A stretch of DNA of 64,000 nt from Gammaproteobacteria bacterium. GTDB taxonomy: Bacteria; Pseudomonadota; Gammaproteobacteria; SZUA-152. A model generated the notes under the pieces. That model did no database searches. It was not told the DNA's origin and was given only the letters and a program-made list of their open reading frames with translations. The position numbers were made by a program, and so were the translations under genes. How positions within the stretch are numbered: the first letter of the stretch is position 1; the number at the start of each line of letters is the position of its first letter. The DNA lies in contig JAKISS010000001.1 of the NCBI GenBank assembly GCA_021648485.1, forward strand, positions 2,650 through 66,649. The letters are read 5' to 3'. Of the stretch, positions 60,630-64,000 are shown piece by piece.

Positions 60630-62615
60630 ATGAGCACAAATAAATCCATGAGCTTTGCTGGCCGGTATTCATTACGAACCAAAGTTAATTTGACAATTGG
60701 CTTGGTTTTTTTGGCAATGCTGGTTCTGGTGACAACTGCTGCCGTGACCCATGAGCGAAAAAGATTGATGGAGATGGCAGAAAGTCAGGTGAAAGAAATG
60801 ACGACACTGTATTTCGACAGCTTGAACACAATGATGCTCACGGGCACGATGGATCAGCGTAGTATCTTGCGCGAGAAAATGCTGGCCAGGACACAAATAG
60901 TAGTAGCTAGGGTCATTCGTGGACAACCCGTTATTGCGCAATTTGGTCCCGGTTACACCGATGAGGTGCCACTGGATGAGTTGGATAAGCGGGCGCTTTC
61001 GGGTGAGGAAATTATTCGCATTGAAGAGCATGCCGGTGAGCGGATGATGACGGTTATTACTCCCTTTAAGGCAACAGAAAATACGCGTGGGGTGAATTGT
61101 CTAAACTGCCATAATGTATCCAGTGGCGCAATAAATGGGGCTATTCGCATCGGTTATTCACTGTCAGAAATTGACAAAGCTGTGGAGCGTGAATTCTGGA
61201 TAACGGTTTTATTAAATACCGGGTTTTTCTTTATTGGTCTGTTAGTAATTAATACTCTGTTGAAAATATGGATAGTGAAACCACTGGCCAGTTTGAATAA
61301 CGTATTGATTAAGCGCGCACAGGGAGACAAGGATATTCGCGCACTGGTTGATCGTGACGATGAAATTGGTCAAATGAAAAAAGCCTTTAATACAATGGCG
61401 GATAATGTGAATGCCGCGGTAGACAGAGAAAGTCAGTCTGCTGAAAGCCTTCGTAAAAAAGTTGATCAATTACTATCTGCTGTTAATCAGGTGGCAGAGG
61501 GGGATTTTAATGTAAAAATTGACCTGCATGGTGACGGTGCAATAGGTGAGCTTGCCGAAAGCTTGCAGATAATGACCAATTTCATTGCCCAATCAACAGA
61601 ACAAAAACAGGCAGAAGTTGAAATATTAGAGAAAAAAGTGGGTGCCATTTTGCATGTAGTCACTATGGCTTCACAAGGCAATTTAACCGGTGTGGTTAAT
61701 GTCAATGGTGATGACGCCATTGGAAAATTGGCAGAGGGTGTGCAGGCTATGCTGGCAAGCCTGAATACATTGGTAGCGCAAGTACAACGTTCAGGTATTC
61801 AAGTAACCTCATCGGCAACAGAAATTGCGGCAACGGCAAAGCAGCAGGAAGCCACTATTGCGGAACAGGCAGCGACAACCAATGAAATCGTTACAACAGC
61901 AACTGAGATATCGGCTACCACAAAAGAATTGACCAATACTATGGATGAGGTTGCCAAAGTGGCAGATCGCACGCGCTCGTCAGCTGCCAGTGGTCACAAA
62001 GATCTCGGGCGCATGGAATCAACCATGCAACAAATTGTTGAAGCTGCAAAATCGATAGCCTCTCGGTTTGAGGTATTGAATGACAAGGCAAAAAATATTA
62101 ACAGTGTGGTGACAACCATTACCAAAGTTGCTGATCAGACAAACCTTTTATCATTAAATGCAGCGATAGAAGCTGAAAAGGCTGGCGAATATGGCCTGGG
62201 TTTTTCTGTGGTGGCGACAGAGGTGCGCCGTTTGGCGGATCAAACTGCAGTAGCAACGCTGGATATCGAACAAATGGTAAAGGAAATGCAGATGGCAGTA
62301 TCATCGGGTGTGCTGAGTATGGAAAAGTTTACAGATCAGGTGCGTAGTAGCGCTGAAGATGTGAACCAGGTGTCTTCACAACTTGCAGAAATTATTGAAC
62401 AGGTACAGGAGTTTACTCCGCGATTTGAAAATGTGCAGCAGGGGATGCATTTTCAGGCGCAGGGCGCACAGCAAATTACGGAAGCCATGGTGCAATTGAA
62501 TGAGTCAGCACAGCAATCTGTAGAATCAATTCATCATTCTACGTCAGCAATTGATTTGTTGAATGAAGCTGCGCAATTGTTACAAAGTGGTGTTTCAAAA
62601 TTTCGTGTCAGTTAG
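60630..62615 (+). CDS. methyl-accepting chemotaxis protein with CxxCH-containing periplasmic domain and multiple HAMP repeats
   Basis: TM1, a periplasmic ~170 aa with 'VNCLNCHN' (nt 61098-61112), and TM2. Several HAMP-like repeats ('GDFNVKIDLHGDGAIGELAESLQ', 'GNLTGVVNVNGDDAIGKLAEGVQ'). The signalling hairpin is 'ADQTNLLSLNAAIEAEKAGEYGLGFSVVATEVRRLA'. Confidence 0.9.
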   Translation: MSTNKSMSFAGRYSLRTKVNLTIGLVFLAMLVLVTTAAVTHERKRLMEMAESQVKEMTTLYFDSLNTMMLTGTMDQRSILREKMLARTQIVVARVIRGQPVIAQFGPGYTDEVPLDELDKRALSGEEIIRIEEHAGERMMTVITPFKATENTRGVNCLNCHNVSSGAINGAIRIGYSLSEIDKAVEREFWITVLLNTGFFFIGLLVINTLLKIWIVKPLASLNNVLIKRAQGDKDIRALVDRDDEIGQMKKAFNTMADNVNAAVDRESQSAESLRKKVDQLLSAVNQVAEGDFNVKIDLHGDGAIGELAESLQIMTNFIAQSTEQKQAEVEILEKKVGAILHVVTMASQGNLTGVVNVNGDDAIGKLAEGVQAMLASLNTLVAQVQRSGIQVTSSATEIAATAKQQEATIAEQAATTNEIVTTATEISATTKELTNTMDEVAKVADRTRSSAASGHKDLGRMESTMQQIVEAAKSIASRFEVLNDKAKNINSVVTTITKVADQTNLLSLNAAIEAEKAGEYGLGFSVVATEVRRLADQTAVATLDIEQMVKEMQMAVSSGVLSMEKFTDQVRSSAEDVNQVSSQLAEIIEQVQEFTPRFENVQQGMHFQAQGAQQITEAMVQLNESAQQSVESIHHSTSAIDLLNEAAQLLQSGVSKFRVS

Positions 62616-62636
62616 TTACGCAATAAGGTAAATAAT

Positions 62637-63113
62637 GTGTTGTATGCCCAGTTTTTTGTTAATGAAGATCGCTATGTTATCTCGGCAAAGGATATTGTTG
62701 AAATTATTCCGGTTGTACTGCTAAAAAAATTACCGATGTTGCCAAATTATGCAGCAGGATTGATGAATTACCACGGTTATCAGGTTCCAGTAATTGATCT
62801 TTGCTATTTGTTATTGAATCGAGCGTGTCAGAAAAAACTGAGTACAAGGATAATTTTGGTGAACAGGAGTGGAAGTTCCGGAAAATCAATGACACTAGGT
62901 TTCATGGTTGAAAAATCAACGGAAATGATCACTATTGATGAAAATCAATATAACCTCCCGGCAATGAGAAACCCCGATGCGCCTACGAATGGGCCGATTA
63001 TAGAGTATCAAGGGGAGTTGGTAACAAAAATATTAATCGAGGATGTGTTTGATAAGCTGGACAAAAGGTTTTTTCAGCAAGCTGAGATTTTCACTAGTGA
63101 GACAATACTGTAA
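62637..63113 (+). CDS. CheW-like coupling protein
   Basis: 158 aa. 'YVISAKDIVEIIPVV.L..LP..P.YAAGLMNYHGYQVPVIDL' is CheW-domain-like. The stop overlaps the next start (TAATG). Confidence 0.8.
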   Translation: MLYAQFFVNEDRYVISAKDIVEIIPVVLLKKLPMLPNYAAGLMNYHGYQVPVIDLCYLLLNRACQKKLSTRIILVNRSGSSGKSMTLGFMVEKSTEMITIDENQYNLPAMRNPDAPTNGPIIEYQGELVTKILIEDVFDKLDKRFFQQAEIFTSETIL

Positions 63114-64000
63114 TGGCATTTGTTCATATCAAAAACCTGCTGCAGAAGGTTATCGGGTTGCATGTTGATACTGTAGGAGAATCAAGTATTGATAGAGCAA
63201 TAAGTCATAGAATGCATGTAACAGCTTGTGGTAATGTGAGTGAATATTACAAGATAGTAAAAAAAAACAATTTGGAGTTGGATGAATTAATTGAAGAGAT
63301 TGTTGTTCCCGAAACATGGTTTTTCAGGAATGTTACACCATTTGAGATGTTGCGTGATAATGCATTAAAAATTTATGAGAATATTACAAATACAGATAAA
63401 TTAAAAAAACATAATAATGAGGTATCAGGTTCTCTTAAAATATTAAGCATTCCATGTTCGAGTGGTGAGGAGCCATATTCCATTGCAATAATGCTGAGTG
63501 AAGCAGGGTTAAGAAATGACGACTTCCTGATTGATGCTGTTGATATTAGCAAACAAGCCCTGAAAAAATCCCAACGTGCTATTTATGGAAAACATTCGTT
63601 TAGAGAGAAAGGGATGGATTTTCAAAACAAATATTTTTACCCTGTAAAGGCAGGTTTACAGTTGATACCAAGTATTCGTGACTGCGTATCTTTTCGGCAA
63701 GGTAATATTATCATTGATAATATAAGTTCCCTGGAGGAGTATTATGACATAATATTTTGCCGTAATTTATTGATTTATTTTGACCGTGAAACACAACAAA
63801 AAGTATTAAATAAGTTATCAGGAATGTTGAGATGTGGAGGATTATTGTTTGTTGGTCATGCAGAATCAGGGCAAGTTGATAAGAATGACTTTACTAAAGT
63901 TCGTGTAGCCAAGGCATTTTCTTTTCGTAAAAAACATAAGAGAAGGTCTATAATTCAGTCTACAAAATTAAGCAATCATCCCGTGAATAAACTTAAGGAT
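63113..64000 (+). CDS. CheR-type chemotaxis protein methyltransferase (3' end outside the window)
   Basis: My own translation gives 'ETWFFRN', 'LSIPCSSGEEPYSIAIML', 'FCRNLLIYFD' and 'GGLLFVGHAE'. The frame is open to the window end, so it is absent from the ORF track. Confidence 0.85.
   Translation, partial: MAFVHIKNLLQKVIGLHVDTVGESSIDRAISHRMHVTACGNVSEYYKIVKKNNLELDELIEEIVVPETWFFRNVTPFEMLRDNALKIYENITNTDKLKKHNNEVSGSLKILSIPCSSGEEPYSIAIMLSEAGLRNDDFLIDAVDISKQALKKSQRAIYGKHSFREKGMDFQNKYFYPVKAGLQLIPSIRDCVSFRQGNIIIDNISSLEEYYDIIFCRNLLIYFDRETQQKVLNKLSGMLRCGGLLFVGHAESGQVDKNDFTKVRVAKAFSFRKKHKRRSIIQSTKLSNHPVNKLKD

Noticed and set aside
1-64000. Search for CRISPR arrays, tRNA, rRNA and tmRNA.
   Set aside because: The only tandem repeats (at 1350, 45855, 52765, 58747 and 59849) have 13-20-bp units without spacers, and no cas genes are present. 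I saw no T-arm/acceptor-like tRNA signatures (GGTTCGAnnCC with a matching stem) in intergenic regions and no rRNA-like sequence. This was a by-eye search only.

Overview
This 64 kb window looks proteobacterial, probably gammaproteobacterial. That placement is inferred from gene content (PpnN, TcdA, MtfA, Wsp-like gene order) and was not verified by search.

Layout:
- 1-15.4 kb: ordinary chromosomal genes. These are ggt (5' truncated), ppnN, adk, a PQQ sugar dehydrogenase, a TonB-dependent receptor, a metA operon, a RelE/ParE-type toxin-antitoxin pair, tcdA, a TatD-family hydrolase, a Sel1-repeat protein and a thioredoxin-fold protein.
- ~15.6-58 kb: a mosaic copper/heavy-metal resistance region. 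It is interrupted by a housekeeping-like block at 34.0-36.8 kb (mtfA, an ABC1/UbiB kinase).
- 58-60.5 kb: an AT-rich stretch with an orphan methyltransferase, a transposase fragment and a structured GC-rich fragment. I read this as the island edge.
- 60.6-64 kb: the start of a chemosensory cluster (MCP-CheW-CheR, 3' truncated).

Contents of the metal region:
- Regulators and core copper genes: copRS, the multicopper oxidase CopA, CopB, and a MerR regulator with a 20-bp-spacer promoter.
- Behind that MerR-type promoter: a protein whose mature part is about 29% Met, then a P1B ATPase with YHS/CPMHP metal-binding modules.
- Two OMF-MFP-RND efflux operons, one Cus-like and one Czc-like with a CDF transporter.
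- Three c-type cytochromes, a PII-like protein and several YHS proteins.

Most unusual items:
1. An eight-gene, tightly packed operon of membrane/lipid enzymes plus metal-binding and c-di-GMP modules, directly behind the ATPase.
2. A Cyc2-like fused cytochrome-porin candidate beside copRS.
3. Three paralogous small secreted Cys/His proteins sharing a C-terminal LY..LL..RPP tail, each upstream of an outer-membrane-protein gene.
4. Two 179-bp, near-identical MITE-like elements in inverted orientation. They bracket a 1.9 kb module and abut the start codons of its outermost genes.
5. A 120-bp in-gene duplication in the Cus adaptor with 16 synonymous and 0 non-synonymous differences.

I recognised no rRNA, tRNA or CRISPR array.
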